Shown: one piece after another, positions 8,932 to 18,647 of the stretch
How positions within the stretch are numbered: position 1 is the stretch's first letter
Layout: the number at the start of each line of letters is the position of its first letter
Source: Myxococcales bacterium
GTDB lineage: Bacteria > Myxococcota_A > Polyangia > Fen-1088
Direction: 5' to 3'
Assembly: GCA_025350815.1 (NCBI GenBank)
Contig: JANXXE010000051.1
Location: 37-64,036, forward strand
Length of the DNA: 64,000 nt
The notes under the pieces: generated by a model
What the model was told of the DNA's origin: nothing
The model's database searches: none
Seen by the model: the letters and a program-made list of their open reading frames with translations, nothing else
Program-made: the position numbers and the translations under genes

Positions 8932-11733
8932 ATGACCGGACGCTACCCTCGACGTTTCGGCAAGTACGTCCTCCTCAAGCCGTTGGCGAAGGGGGGAATG
9001 GGTGAGATCTACCTGGCGGCAGGGGGCGAGATCGGCGGCTTCGAAAAGCTGTGCGTGATCAAGAAGGTCCTCACCGAGAAGGCCGACAAGACCAAGGCCA
9101 ACCGTTTCCTCGATGAAGCCAAGGTGGTGCTGCGGCTGTCCCACTCGGCGCTGGTGACCACCTTCGACGCCGGCGAGGTCGACGGCGAGTTCTACATCGC
9201 CATGGAGCTGGTCGAGGGCAAGGATCTGCGCGAGGTGTGGAACCGCTGCGTGCGGACCCGGCAGCGTATCCCCCTGGATGTGGCATTGCATGTGGTGCGC
9301 GAGGTGGCGCGGGCGCTGGCCTACGTACACGCCTACGGCGATCTGAAACTGGTGCACCGGGATGTGGCGCCGCCGAACATCTTGCTGGCCTATGTCGGCG
9401 ACGTAAAGCTGACCGATTTTGGTTTGGCCCGCAGCGTTCTCAAGCAGGAACATACCGCCCCTGGCGTCGTGTTCGGCCGGGCGGCGTATCTTGCGCCCGA
9501 ACAGGCCCGCGGCGAGGTGGCTGACGCGCGCACGGACGTTTACACCCTCGGCATCGTGCTGTGGGAGCTGCTGACCGGACAGCAGTTCTTGCAGCTATCG
9601 GGACTGGATCCGGCGGCGGCCCTGGCCATTGTGCGGCACCCGAAGATTGCCCCGCCGTCCTCGCGCGCGCCGTGGATTTCCCCCGCGCTGGATCAGGTGG
9701 TGATGCGCGCACTGACGCCCGATCGCGACGCCCGCTACTCGTCCGCCGAGGAAATGCGGCAGGGATTGGCCGACGTGATGTCGGACATAGCGCCGCGCGG
9801 GGATTCGGCGCGCGTGGCGGAATTCTTGCGCGGGATTTATAGCGAAACCATCGAGGAAGAACGCGCCGAGCGCGACCATTATCTGAAGGACGAGATCCCC
9901 AAGTTTCGCGCCGCTCTGGTGGCCCCGGAACGCACATCATTGGTTGGTGCGGAGGCTGCGCTGGCGGCAATCTCCGACGAGGATTCGGCCCCCTCGGCGC
10001 CCGGTGCGGCCGGACAGCCGATCACCATCAGTGGTCCGGTCGGATCCCCCCCGGCACTCCCAGTCGCCAGTCCAGCGTCGGCGCCCCGCCCCCGAGTCGG
10101 ACGTTCCTGGACCTCGCCTCGCTTGCCCGGCTTGCCGCCGTCGATCGTCCAGCCGCGCGACGGGATCTCCCACGCTGACCCTTCCGCCGCATCGGCGCCC
10201 CCGGCAACGTCGGTGCCCGCAGGCCCCTCCCCTCGATTGTCGTTTGGCGGCACGCCCGCGCGGCCGGTCGCGGCCGCAACCAATGTTCGTCTGACGCCCC
10301 GGGCGGGGGCGCCCGTCGTCGCGGCACGTACGTCGCTGGACGCTGAACGATCGCCGGTCGTCCCGGCGCCCGTCGTCGAGGAATCGCCCCCTGCCGAGGC
10401 GCGCATCATCGCGGGCCGCTATCGGGTGGTCGGCACGCTGGGCGAGGGGAGTCTCGGGATCGTGTACGCCGTCAAGCAGTCCGACGGCGGCCAGGATCTG
10501 TCCTTGCGTGTGATGGCCCGCAGCCGTTCATTCGACGGGCCGCTGGCGGATCGCTGGCGCCGTGAGGTGCGCGCGGTTTCGTCACTCGGACATCCGCACT
10601 CGGTCCTGGTGCACGACCTTGGGATCACCGAAGACGGCGCCTCGTACGTCGCGATGGATCCTTTGTCGGGCATGGACCTGGCGACCTATGTCGCGCGCGA
10701 GCAGCGTCTCGATCCCGTGCTGGCCCTCAAGATCGTGACGCCGCTGTGCCAGGTGCTGGGGGCGGCGCACGCCGCCGGGGTGGCCCACGGGGCCCTGCGG
10801 CCCGAAAGTATCTTCCTCGCGCCGCGGGGCAAATCCGTCGACGCGGTCAAGCTGATCGATTTCGGGCTCGCGGCTGCGCTGACCAAGGATCTGGTGCCCC
10901 GGCGACTGACGCCGGAGTCATTGCCGGCCAATGTCGTCGAGTACCTCGCGCCCGAACAGCTGGCCGGCCAGGCCCCTGATGTGCTGTCGGATGTCTTCGG
11001 CGTCGGTGTGATCTTGTACGAAATGCTGACGGGCGCGCCGCCACACGCGGGCTCCGGCGATCTGGTCGGGCGGCGCAGCCAGGAGGCGCCGCAGTCGCCG
11101 CGCATGTTTCGCCCCGACATTTCCGAGCCCCTTGAACGTCTCACGCTGGCGATGCTCGACCGCGACCGGACCCGTCGTCCACGTTCGATGGCCGACGTCG
11201 AGACCGCGCTGGTCGGCCTGGCGGTGCCGGGGGTCCGGCCAGCGACTGGGGCGGACCCCGCCGGCTCCGATCTCGTGGTCGGCGCTGAAGAGCGCAGCCA
11301 GCGCCGGGTGACCCGCGACGCGGCCTTTCGCGCCATCGCCGATTTGTCCGCCGAGCCTCCGGCCGCGTTGCCCGCCCTGCTGGCACCGAGGACGGCGCCT
11401 GAAGTGGTGTTCGGTGTCCCCGTCGACGAGACGGCCACGACCGACCCCGAAATCCCCACGCTGCCGGCGTCTGCCTTGCGGCCGTCGGCTGCCCAAACCT
11501 CGTCGAGTTCGATCCCGGCCCGGATACCCGGGGGCGGCATGCTCGCGCGCTACGGCGCTGGGTCTGCAAGAAAACAGACCTCGCCCATCTCCGGCGCCGT
11601 GGTCCAGGTGGGGGGCGGCCTGGCCGTCGTCGGTCTGCTGCTGTTGCTGCTGCTGACCGATACATTCTCCTGCCGCGATCGCTCGGCCGCTTCGAAACCA
11701 TCAGCCAAGACCGCGACGACCAAGAAGCCGTGA
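8932..11733 (+). CDS. tandem-kinase-domain Ser/Thr protein kinase paralog; second domain is a predicted pseudokinase
   Basis: 933 aa. Domain 1 aligns by eye with domain 1 of the upstream kinase (HRDVAPPN, DFG, APE). Domain 2 has HGALRPES in place of HRD and retains DFG. Long Pro/Ala/Ser linker, then a C-terminal poly-Leu TM segment. Confidence 0.9.
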   Translation: MTGRYPRRFGKYVLLKPLAKGGMGEIYLAAGGEIGGFEKLCVIKKVLTEKADKTKANRFLDEAKVVLRLSHSALVTTFDAGEVDGEFYIAMELVEGKDLREVWNRCVRTRQRIPLDVALHVVREVARALAYVHAYGDLKLVHRDVAPPNILLAYVGDVKLTDFGLARSVLKQEHTAPGVVFGRAAYLAPEQARGEVADARTDVYTLGIVLWELLTGQQFLQLSGLDPAAALAIVRHPKIAPPSSRAPWISPALDQVVMRALTPDRDARYSSAEEMRQGLADVMSDIAPRGDSARVAEFLRGIYSETIEEERAERDHYLKDEIPKFRAALVAPERTSLVGAEAALAAISDEDSAPSAPGAAGQPITISGPVGSPPALPVASPASAPRPRVGRSWTSPRLPGLPPSIVQPRDGISHADPSAASAPPATSVPAGPSPRLSFGGTPARPVAAATNVRLTPRAGAPVVAARTSLDAERSPVVPAPVVEESPPAEARIIAGRYRVVGTLGEGSLGIVYAVKQSDGGQDLSLRVMARSRSFDGPLADRWRREVRAVSSLGHPHSVLVHDLGITEDGASYVAMDPLSGMDLATYVAREQRLDPVLALKIVTPLCQVLGAAHAAGVAHGALRPESIFLAPRGKSVDAVKLIDFGLAAALTKDLVPRRLTPESLPANVVEYLAPEQLAGQAPDVLSDVFGVGVILYEMLTGAPPHAGSGDLVGRRSQEAPQSPRMFRPDISEPLERLTLAMLDRDRTRRPRSMADVETALVGLAVPGVRPATGADPAGSDLVVGAEERSQRRVTRDAAFRAIADLSAEPPAALPALLAPRTAPEVVFGVPVDETATTDPEIPTLPASALRPSAAQTSSSSIPARIPGGGMLARYGAGSARKQTSPISGAVVQVGGGLAVVGLLLLLLLTDTFSCRDRSAASKPSAKTATTKKP

Positions 11734-11736
11734 GGG

Positions 11737-12354
11737 TTAGCGCATGAGACGCTGGCCGAGCAACATCATGACTTGCATGGCCAGGGTCCGGTCGCCCTCG
11801 ATCCGGATTCGGCCTTGCAACAGCGCTTGCAAGGGGGGCATGCGGCCGGTCGTAACCCCCTCGTAGGTGGTGCCGTCGACGCGGACGATCGCACGCGGCC
11901 GACCCGCGGTGGCGCCAGTGCGACCGAACGCGACGTCCAGGCCCCAGCGACGGCGGCGCTTCCCTTCCACCTCGACCGCGAAGCGCCCATCCACCTGCCG
12001 CAGCATCGCGAGATCGCGCGGATCCAGGAACAGCAGATCCAGGGCGGACCACCCCGGCGGCATCAGGTCAGGCAGATCGGGATCGCGGTCAAAGGCGGCC
12101 TGAAAATCGGCGACCGATTGTCGCAGCCACACGTCCGGGCGGGGCGCGCTTCGTATCGCTGCCAGGGACAGGGCTTCGACGTCCAGACGGTCATCCACCG
12201 GGCACACGTCCCAATGTCCGCCGCCGGTTCCCGACAGCGACGTCCGCACCAGTGGCGCGCCATCGGGCGCGAGGGTGCCGGCGGCGGCATAAACCCCGGG
12301 CAGCCACGTCAGGAAGAAGTCCCCGGCCGCGAGGCCTGGCGGCGGCCTGTCCAC
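11737..12354 (-). CDS. SCP2 sterol-binding-domain-like protein
   Basis: 205 aa. C-terminal GRIRIEGDRTLAMQVMMLLGQ resembles the SCP2 C-terminal helix. Lies downstream of rnr on the same strand. Confidence 0.45.
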   Translation of the reverse strand: MDRPPPGLAAGDFFLTWLPGVYAAAGTLAPDGAPLVRTSLSGTGGGHWDVCPVDDRLDVEALSLAAIRSAPRPDVWLRQSVADFQAAFDRDPDLPDLMPPGWSALDLLFLDPRDLAMLRQVDGRFAVEVEGKRRRRWGLDVAFGRTGATAGRPRAIVRVDGTTYEGVTTGRMPPLQALLQGRIRIEGDRTLAMQVMMLLGQRLMR

Positions 12355-12377
12355 GTCGTTCCTGCGTCCTTGCCTGC

Positions 12378-14573
12378 CTAGCGTTTCCGCGTCTTGCGGC
12401 CCGGGCGGGGGTTCCGGCCCGGACCGCCGCCGCCCTTGGGCTTCTTGTCGGCGCGTCCCCGGTGGTGCGCGGACGGACGGCTTGGGCTATCGGGCATGGC
12501 GCCGCGACGGCCGTGGGTCTTGCGCTGATCCTCCCGCTGAGGCCGCTGGGGTGCCACCTGCGCCTTGTGCGTTTGCAACTTGAAGTCGATCTTGCGTCTG
12601 GTCACGCTGACCGACAGGACCTCGACGGTGACCTCATCGCCCAGCGAAAAGGTCTTGCCCGAGCGTCCGCCAACCAGGCGGCACGTGGTCTCGTCGAACT
12701 GAAAGTAGTCGCGGCCCAGATCCTCGACCCTGACCAGACCTTCGATGAACGGTTCGGGGACCGACACGAACATGCCGAAGCTGGCGATGCTGGAGATCGT
12801 CCCGGGGAAGACGTCGCCGATGCGATCGCGCATGAAGAAGGCGCGGTACAGATCCATCACCTCGCGTTCCACTTCCATCGCTTTTCGTTCGGCGAACGAC
12901 GCGTCGGCGGCCATCTTCTGCAGGGCCCCCTGATCCGGCATCGCCGGCGTGGCGCTCATCCGCGGGAACCCCCCGGCCGGCTTGCCCTGCTCGGCCAGGC
13001 GTCGCTTGAGCAAACGGTGCACGATGAGATCCGGGTAGCGTCGGATGGGCGACGTGAAATGCAGATACGCCGTCGCCGCCAGTCCGAAGTGACCCAGGTT
13101 GACGACGTCATACGTCGCCTGCTTGAGCGATCGCAGCAGCTGAAACGACAGCGCCTTGACCGCGGCATGCTCGGCCAGTTGTTCGAGCACGCGCGCCAGG
13201 CCCTTGGGTGACCGCGCTTCCTCGATGTCCACCCGGATGCCGTAGGACTCGGCCAGATTGGCGAACATTTCCAGCTTGGCCTCGTCGGGCACGTCGTGAA
13301 TGCGCCACAGGGTGTCTTCGCCCCGTTGCTTGAAGCTGTCACCCACGGCCTCGTTCGCCGCCAGCATGAATTCCTCGATCATCGAATACGCCTGGCGTTC
13401 GCCCGGATCACGTCGCGACCGTCGAATGTCACGCACCAATTGCGGGTTGTCGTCGTCCAGTTCGACCACCGGTTCGGGCAGATCCAGATCCAGGGCACCG
13501 CGCTGCTGCCGGCGCACGCGCAGGCGCGCGGACAGGGACGTCATCGCGCGCAGGGCGGGCAGGTGCGGCTCGTACTTCTTGCGCTTGCCGCGGGTGTCAC
13601 CCGCAAGGGCCGCTGCCACGCCCGGGTAGTCCAGCCGCGCGCGCGAATGAATCACCGCCGCACAAAAATCCGTGTCGACGACATTCAGGTTTCGATCGAG
13701 ATCAATGCGCACCACCATGGCCAGGCGGTCCTGCTCGGGCACCAGCGAGCACATATGACCGGACAGCGCCTCCGGCAGCATGGGGATGGCGCGGTTGGGT
13801 AGGTACACGCTGCAGCCGCGCTTCTGCGCCTCGTCGTCGATGGGCGAGCCTTCACGCACATAATGAGAGACGTCCGCGACAGCCACCCACAGGCGGTTGA
13901 TGCCACCCGGCAGCTCTTCCAGCGCGACGGCGTCGTCGAAGTCACGCGCCGTTTCGGGGTCGATGGTGGTGAAAGGAACATGACGAAGATCCGCCCGGTC
14001 CTGCCGATCCGCGTCCTGCACTTCTTGGGGGACGTGTGCGGCGATGCGCGCCACGGGTTCGGGGAATTCCTCGGTGATGTCGGCGATGGCGAGAATCTTC
14101 TCGATCTCGGTGCGGGGATCGTCCGGGTCGCCCAGCACCTTGAGGATGGTGACCTCCATCGGCGACTCGGCGCTGTCCGGGTAGCGGACGATTTCGGCCA
14201 CCACCGCCTGGCCCGTTTTTGCGCTGCCGGGGCCGCCGCGCAGGATGACGGCACCCGCGATGCGCGAGTCATCCGGTTCGAGGTGCAGGCCCTTGCCCGT
14301 GCCGACGATCTGGCCGGTGATCTTGCCGCGGCCACGCTCGACAATGCGGGCGACGCGCCCTTCGAGCCCGCGCGGTCCCACCCACCATTCGACCTCGACG
14401 CGGTCGGCGTCCATGGCCGCCCCGCGCGCCTGCGCGGAAATGTGAATGTCTTCGGATTTGTCGTCGGGCACCACGAAGCCATAGCCCCGTGGGTTGACCT
14501 TGATTCGTCCGGTCAAAATTCGTTTCGGTTGATTGCGATAAGGTTGGTCTTCGTTTTGATTCATTCTGGTCAT
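12378..14573 (-). CDS. rnr: ribonuclease R
   Basis: 731 aa. Cold-shock domain, RNB catalytic domain (YLHFTSPIRRYPDLIVHRLLK), S1 domain and a Lys/Arg/Gly-rich C-terminal tail. Its start overlaps the upstream gene's stop by one base. Confidence 0.93.
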   Translation of the reverse strand: MTRMNQNEDQPYRNQPKRILTGRIKVNPRGYGFVVPDDKSEDIHISAQARGAAMDADRVEVEWWVGPRGLEGRVARIVERGRGKITGQIVGTGKGLHLEPDDSRIAGAVILRGGPGSAKTGQAVVAEIVRYPDSAESPMEVTILKVLGDPDDPRTEIEKILAIADITEEFPEPVARIAAHVPQEVQDADRQDRADLRHVPFTTIDPETARDFDDAVALEELPGGINRLWVAVADVSHYVREGSPIDDEAQKRGCSVYLPNRAIPMLPEALSGHMCSLVPEQDRLAMVVRIDLDRNLNVVDTDFCAAVIHSRARLDYPGVAAALAGDTRGKRKKYEPHLPALRAMTSLSARLRVRRQQRGALDLDLPEPVVELDDDNPQLVRDIRRSRRDPGERQAYSMIEEFMLAANEAVGDSFKQRGEDTLWRIHDVPDEAKLEMFANLAESYGIRVDIEEARSPKGLARVLEQLAEHAAVKALSFQLLRSLKQATYDVVNLGHFGLAATAYLHFTSPIRRYPDLIVHRLLKRRLAEQGKPAGGFPRMSATPAMPDQGALQKMAADASFAERKAMEVEREVMDLYRAFFMRDRIGDVFPGTISSIASFGMFVSVPEPFIEGLVRVEDLGRDYFQFDETTCRLVGGRSGKTFSLGDEVTVEVLSVSVTRRKIDFKLQTHKAQVAPQRPQREDQRKTHGRRGAMPDSPSRPSAHHRGRADKKPKGGGGPGRNPRPGRKTRKR

Positions 14574-15904
14574 CAGTGCTCAGTTGGGGCGAGCGCGTAC
14601 AGCTTTCTGTCGTCCGCGCCCACGTAGATTGTTCCGTCAGGTCCAAGCACCGGGGAGCTATCGACGTCTCCTCCGAGTGCAACGGACCACCGCGGGCGAC
14701 CGTCCGACTCCAGCGCGTAGAGCCGATCGTCCTGCGATCCAAACAGGATCGCGCCGGCCGCGTCGACGAGTGCAGACGAAAGGATGCGATCTCCGGTACG
14801 AAAAGTCCATGCCAAAGTTCCGTCGGGCTTGATCGCGTAGAACAGTCCGTCGAACGATCCGACCAAAATCAGCCCGTTTTCACCCAGTGCCGGGGACGCG
14901 CGGATATCGTCGCGCGCAGTGAACGCCCAGCGCAAACTGCCGTCGGGGTTCAGGGCGTACAGCTTGCCGTCGTCGGAGCCGACGTAGATGGTTCCGTCTT
15001 CGGCCACCATGGGGCTGGATTCTATGTCGTCGCCGGCGCGGAAGTCCCAGCGCTTGCCGCCGTCCGGTCCCACCGCGTACACGAGGTTGTCCTGGCAGCC
15101 GGCCACCACGGTGCCATCGGCCATCAACGCAGGTGTCGACGACACGTGCGCGCCCGTGGCGAATCGCCAGCGCAGGGTGCCGTCAGGATTGATGGCGTAG
15201 ATGCCGTCACCGCCCGTGTACAGCGTGCCGTCGGGGCCGATGGTTGGTCCGGCGTCCACGTCGCAGCGACTGGCAGCGGGGCTGACGCCGACCGCCTGGG
15301 GACAGGACCCAACTTGAAAACGCCACTGCATCTTCATTTGTTTGAGGTCAAAGGCGTACAGGTGATCGTCGTCCGAGCCGAAGTACAGGATGCCGCTGGC
15401 ACTGATCGCGGCCGAGCTGAAGATGAGGTCCGACGAGGCCTGCAACGCGCGCGGGGTGCCGTCCTTGTCGACGATGTGCAGCCGTCCGTCGTGACTGCCG
15501 ACCGCCACCAACCCATCGCTTGTCACAGCCGCCGAGGCCGTTATGGGGGCACGTGTCTCGTAGGTCCATGCGACTTGTGGCTGGTGCAGCGGCAGGCGAT
15601 ACGGCGAGCGGCCGCGGTGCTCGGGGCCCAGGCGGAACATGGCCTGCGCCGTCGAGGCCGGTCGCGACTCGGCGGAAGGTTTCGGGGCCTCTGGCGCCGG
15701 CAGCGCGGTGGATGTGCGCGGTGGGGCCGTTCGTCTTGCGTCGTGCGCGGGCCAGACGCAGCGGCCGGATTCGCAGATGCGCTCCAACTTGCAGTCGCGG
15801 TCCGACAGGCAGCCCGCGATGGGCTGACGGGGCAGCACACAGGCGGACAGCAGCAGCGGACCAAGCCAGAGGAAGATGTTTCGGCCGCCGTGCGGCGGGA
15901 CCAT
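14573..15904 (-). CDS. PQQ-like beta-propeller repeat lipoprotein (BamB-like fold)
   Basis: 443 aa. Lipoprotein signal with lipobox LLSAC. Repeated DGTLYxG...YAxNPDGTLRWxF blades. Confidence 0.75.
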   Translation of the reverse strand: MVPPHGGRNIFLWLGPLLLSACVLPRQPIAGCLSDRDCKLERICESGRCVWPAHDARRTAPPRTSTALPAPEAPKPSAESRPASTAQAMFRLGPEHRGRSPYRLPLHQPQVAWTYETRAPITASAAVTSDGLVAVGSHDGRLHIVDKDGTPRALQASSDLIFSSAAISASGILYFGSDDDHLYAFDLKQMKMQWRFQVGSCPQAVGVSPAASRCDVDAGPTIGPDGTLYTGGDGIYAINPDGTLRWRFATGAHVSSTPALMADGTVVAGCQDNLVYAVGPDGGKRWDFRAGDDIESSPMVAEDGTIYVGSDDGKLYALNPDGSLRWAFTARDDIRASPALGENGLILVGSFDGLFYAIKPDGTLAWTFRTGDRILSSALVDAAGAILFGSQDDRLYALESDGRPRWSVALGGDVDSSPVLGPDGTIYVGADDRKLYALAPTEH

Positions 15905-15961
15905 GTGTCTTGCCGTTAGGGTAGGGCAATCCTCGAAACTCGCAAGTACGCGCCCGATGGC

Positions 15962-16732
15962 TCAGAAGAAGTTGATCACCATGTTGAGGCCGCTGTTGTA
16001 CCAGCTGATACCGGGGTAGCGCGCCACCGTCGCCGCCAGCTCGACGGCCAGCGAGGTGTTGTGGCCCTGCACGATCTCGACGCCGGCGCCCCCCATGAAC
16101 GCGTGCCCGCGGCTGTCCGCCCACCCGCGGCGGTCGGATTCGTCCGTGACGTGGGCCAGACCCAGCGCCCCGCGCAGGAACAGCCGCCTGAAGAAGAAGC
16201 CTTGCGCGCCGACCAGATAGGCGGTCTGTTCCTGATTCGAGGCCGTCTGGCCTGTGCTGGTGCCCTCGACGCCCAGAAAACAGACCCAGTTTCGCGCAAA
16301 GCCCACCCCCAAGCGGGCGGTGTAGGAAAGTCCGGCGCGTCCCTCGCTGTCGTTCACCGTATGCCAGGACAGCGCACCCATCCCCACGCCAAGGCCGATC
16401 GTGAAGGGGCGGAAGATCTCGCGCGCCGGGGCCGCCTGCCGTACGTAGTAGGGGGAAGGGTGATAGGCATAGCCGGGTGGGGCGCCGTAGGCCGCCGCCG
16501 GGTCATAGCTGGGGGGGTAGCCCGGGGCGCCGCCATATTCGGGGCTATAGGGTCCGGCCGGGCCGGGCGGGGCGGCGGGTGGGGGCGGGGGAATCGGCCG
16601 GGGGTCAGTCGGGGCGGCCGGTTCAGAAGGGGCCTCCGGGTCGTTCTGTTGTGCCTGGGCCTCAGTGTGAAACACCAGCACGGCGACAGCCCCGAATAAC
16701 AGCCGCGTGATCATCGATTCCCTGCTAAACAT
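15962..16732 (-). CDS. outer-membrane beta-barrel protein with proline-rich N-terminal linker
   Basis: 256 aa. Signal peptide, a PPPPPAAPPGPAGP linker, alternating beta-strand pattern and a C-terminal aromatic residue (MVINFF). Confidence 0.65.
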   Translation of the reverse strand: MFSRESMITRLLFGAVAVLVFHTEAQAQQNDPEAPSEPAAPTDPRPIPPPPPAAPPGPAGPYSPEYGGAPGYPPSYDPAAAYGAPPGYAYHPSPYYVRQAAPAREIFRPFTIGLGVGMGALSWHTVNDSEGRAGLSYTARLGVGFARNWVCFLGVEGTSTGQTASNQEQTAYLVGAQGFFFRRLFLRGALGLAHVTDESDRRGWADSRGHAFMGGAGVEIVQGHNTSLAVELAATVARYPGISWYNSGLNMVINFF

Positions 16733-16784
16733 CCCGCTTTCCTGAGGTCGTCCATCAGATCCCTTATTCCGCCCATCAAGTTCG

Positions 16785-18626
16785 GTGCCAACGGCACGTC
16801 GCCCTGATGTGTTCTTAGCGTCAGGGCGGACCTACACTAAACTGATCACATCCATGGCCGATCCTCGCACCGAAGGCATTTTTACCTCCTTGCGAGCCGC
16901 CGCGCGCGTGACCCACGACCGGTTTCTCGTCGGCGTCTCGGACGAGCGCGATCGAAAGCGCATCACCGCGGCGCTGGGTCTCGAGGGGTTGGTTGTCGAG
17001 CTCACCTCGACGCATGAGGCGCTGGATCGCCTGGCAGAGGAATCCTTCGAGTTGCTGGTCCTGGACGTCGATGAGGTGCGCGGCGCGCGCGATCCCCTGC
17101 CGGCCAGTCGCGAACTGCGGCCGTTTGCCGACCTGGTGGCGATTTTGGACAGCGATCCGATGCGTTGCAGTCAAGCGTTTGCCGGCGAGGTTGCGGCCGT
17201 CCTGCCACGGCCCTTGCCTCCGAACGACGCCCTGTTGCGCGCCCATCTGCGGTGGCTGGCGGCCTGTCGCCGATCGCGCACGCGCGGGTTGTTGCTGGGC
17301 AGTGCCCTGGCCCGCCACCGCGAGGACCTTCGCGCCGTAGAGCCCGCACTGGAAAGTGCCTTGTCAGAGATCCTGGCCGAGGCGGCGTTCGAGCCGACGG
17401 TCATGGTGATGGGCGACGCTGAACTTCTGCGCGTCGTCGGGGGCCGCCCCACCCACGCGGCGCCCGACGTTGTCGTGGTGGGTCTGGGGCAGGTCGACAA
17501 TCTGGAAGCGCGGCTGCAAGAGGCGCGGGCCCGAGCCGCCGGCGCGGCCCTGGTGGTGGTTGACGGTGCCGCGACGCCCGAGCGCCTGCGCGCGGCGATT
17601 TACGGAGGGGCGCGTGCCTATCTCGACCGCGGGAGGCTTGAGGATCTTGGGCGCGTTGTGGCGTTCGGTGCCATGCGCCGCCGGGCCGAAGTCAGCGGTC
17701 GGCGTCAGGTCGAAACGCTGGCACGTTTTGGTGTGCTCGATGAAAACGAGGGCACGACGCCCGCGCCGCCGAAGGATCTGGATGCCCGGCTGATAGCCGA
17801 CGCCACCGCCAGCGGCGGGCCGTTCGTTCCCTCCGGGCACGAGGTTCTGGTGGTTGACGACGAAGTGGTGGTCTTAACCGTCCTGCGCGAGGCCTTGCGC
17901 CGGGGTGGCTATCGCGTCACGACGGCGGCCTCGGCCGAGGAAGCCATCGATCTGATGAGGAAGCGGCCGTTTGATCTCGTACTGACGGACAAGAACCTTC
18001 CCGGCGCCTCGGGGCTCGAGGTCTTGCGGGCCTCCCGTCTGCTCGACCCGCCCCCTGCGGTTGTGCTCATCACGGGCTATTCGTCGTACGACTCGGCCGT
18101 CGAGGCCATGGACATTGGCGCGCACGACTACATCGAAAAACCGATCCGCGACGTCGAGAATCTGCGCTTTCGCATCCGTCGGGCCCTGTCCCGCCGCGAC
18201 CAGCAACTGGCGCGTAATAAGGCATCGCCCCCGGTGGGCGGCGCCAACGGGCGTGTTCTGGTGGTCGAGCTCGAAAGCAGCCGCCGGCAGTTGATCGCCG
18301 AGTTTTTGGGTCGCACCTACGACGTGACCGCCGCCGCCGATGGCGATGAAGCCCTGCGGTTGCTCCAGCTGGAACGCTACGACGTCGTGCTGGCCGACAG
18401 AAACTTGCCCGGGATGTCCGGTTTGCGCGTCATCGAACAGGCGCAGCGCCTGTTGCCGCATTGTGCGTCGGTGCTGTACACGGTCTATCCCTCGTATGAG
18501 ACCGTCAAGGAGGCGTTCGAACTGGGCGTCGACGCGTTCTTGGTTCGTCCCAGCGAGGACCTGAAGAACCTGGCCGAGAAGGTCGCAGGCGCCTTGCGCA
18601 GCCGCGGCGGTATTCTGCTCGGCTGA
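16785..18626 (+). CDS. multi-receiver-domain response regulator (three REC-like domains, no output domain)
   Basis: 613 aa. Canonical REC at roughly aa 355-470 (VLVVDDE...LTDKNLPG...DYIEKP). A second REC at roughly aa 485-600 has a degenerate acidic pocket (VVELESS). The N-terminal REC-like region is degenerate. Confidence 0.75.
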   Translation: MPTARRPDVFLASGRTYTKLITSMADPRTEGIFTSLRAAARVTHDRFLVGVSDERDRKRITAALGLEGLVVELTSTHEALDRLAEESFELLVLDVDEVRGARDPLPASRELRPFADLVAILDSDPMRCSQAFAGEVAAVLPRPLPPNDALLRAHLRWLAACRRSRTRGLLLGSALARHREDLRAVEPALESALSEILAEAAFEPTVMVMGDAELLRVVGGRPTHAAPDVVVVGLGQVDNLEARLQEARARAAGAALVVVDGAATPERLRAAIYGGARAYLDRGRLEDLGRVVAFGAMRRRAEVSGRRQVETLARFGVLDENEGTTPAPPKDLDARLIADATASGGPFVPSGHEVLVVDDEVVVLTVLREALRRGGYRVTTAASAEEAIDLMRKRPFDLVLTDKNLPGASGLEVLRASRLLDPPPAVVLITGYSSYDSAVEAMDIGAHDYIEKPIRDVENLRFRIRRALSRRDQQLARNKASPPVGGANGRVLVVELESSRRQLIAEFLGRTYDVTAAADGDEALRLLQLERYDVVLADRNLPGMSGLRVIEQAQRLLPHCASVLYTVYPSYETVKEAFELGVDAFLVRPSEDLKNLAEKVAGALRSRGGILLG

Positions 18627-18647
18627 TCTGTTACCGCGCCCGTTTTC

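Noticed and set aside
9900-10400. Apparent repetitiveness in the second kinase linker and poly-Leu codon run at about 11635
   Set aside because: Compositional Pro/Ala/Ser low complexity and a TM helix, not nucleotide-level repeats of a mobile element or array.
12252-14627. Plus-strand ORFs 12252..13211, 13296..13802 and 13863..14627 overlapping rnr
   Set aside because: Antisense to a well-supported RNase R gene; the translations are low-complexity.
14576-15919. 447-aa plus-strand ORF covering the PQQ-repeat gene
   Set aside because: The minus-strand product has clear beta-propeller repeats and a lipoprotein signal; the plus-strand translation has none.
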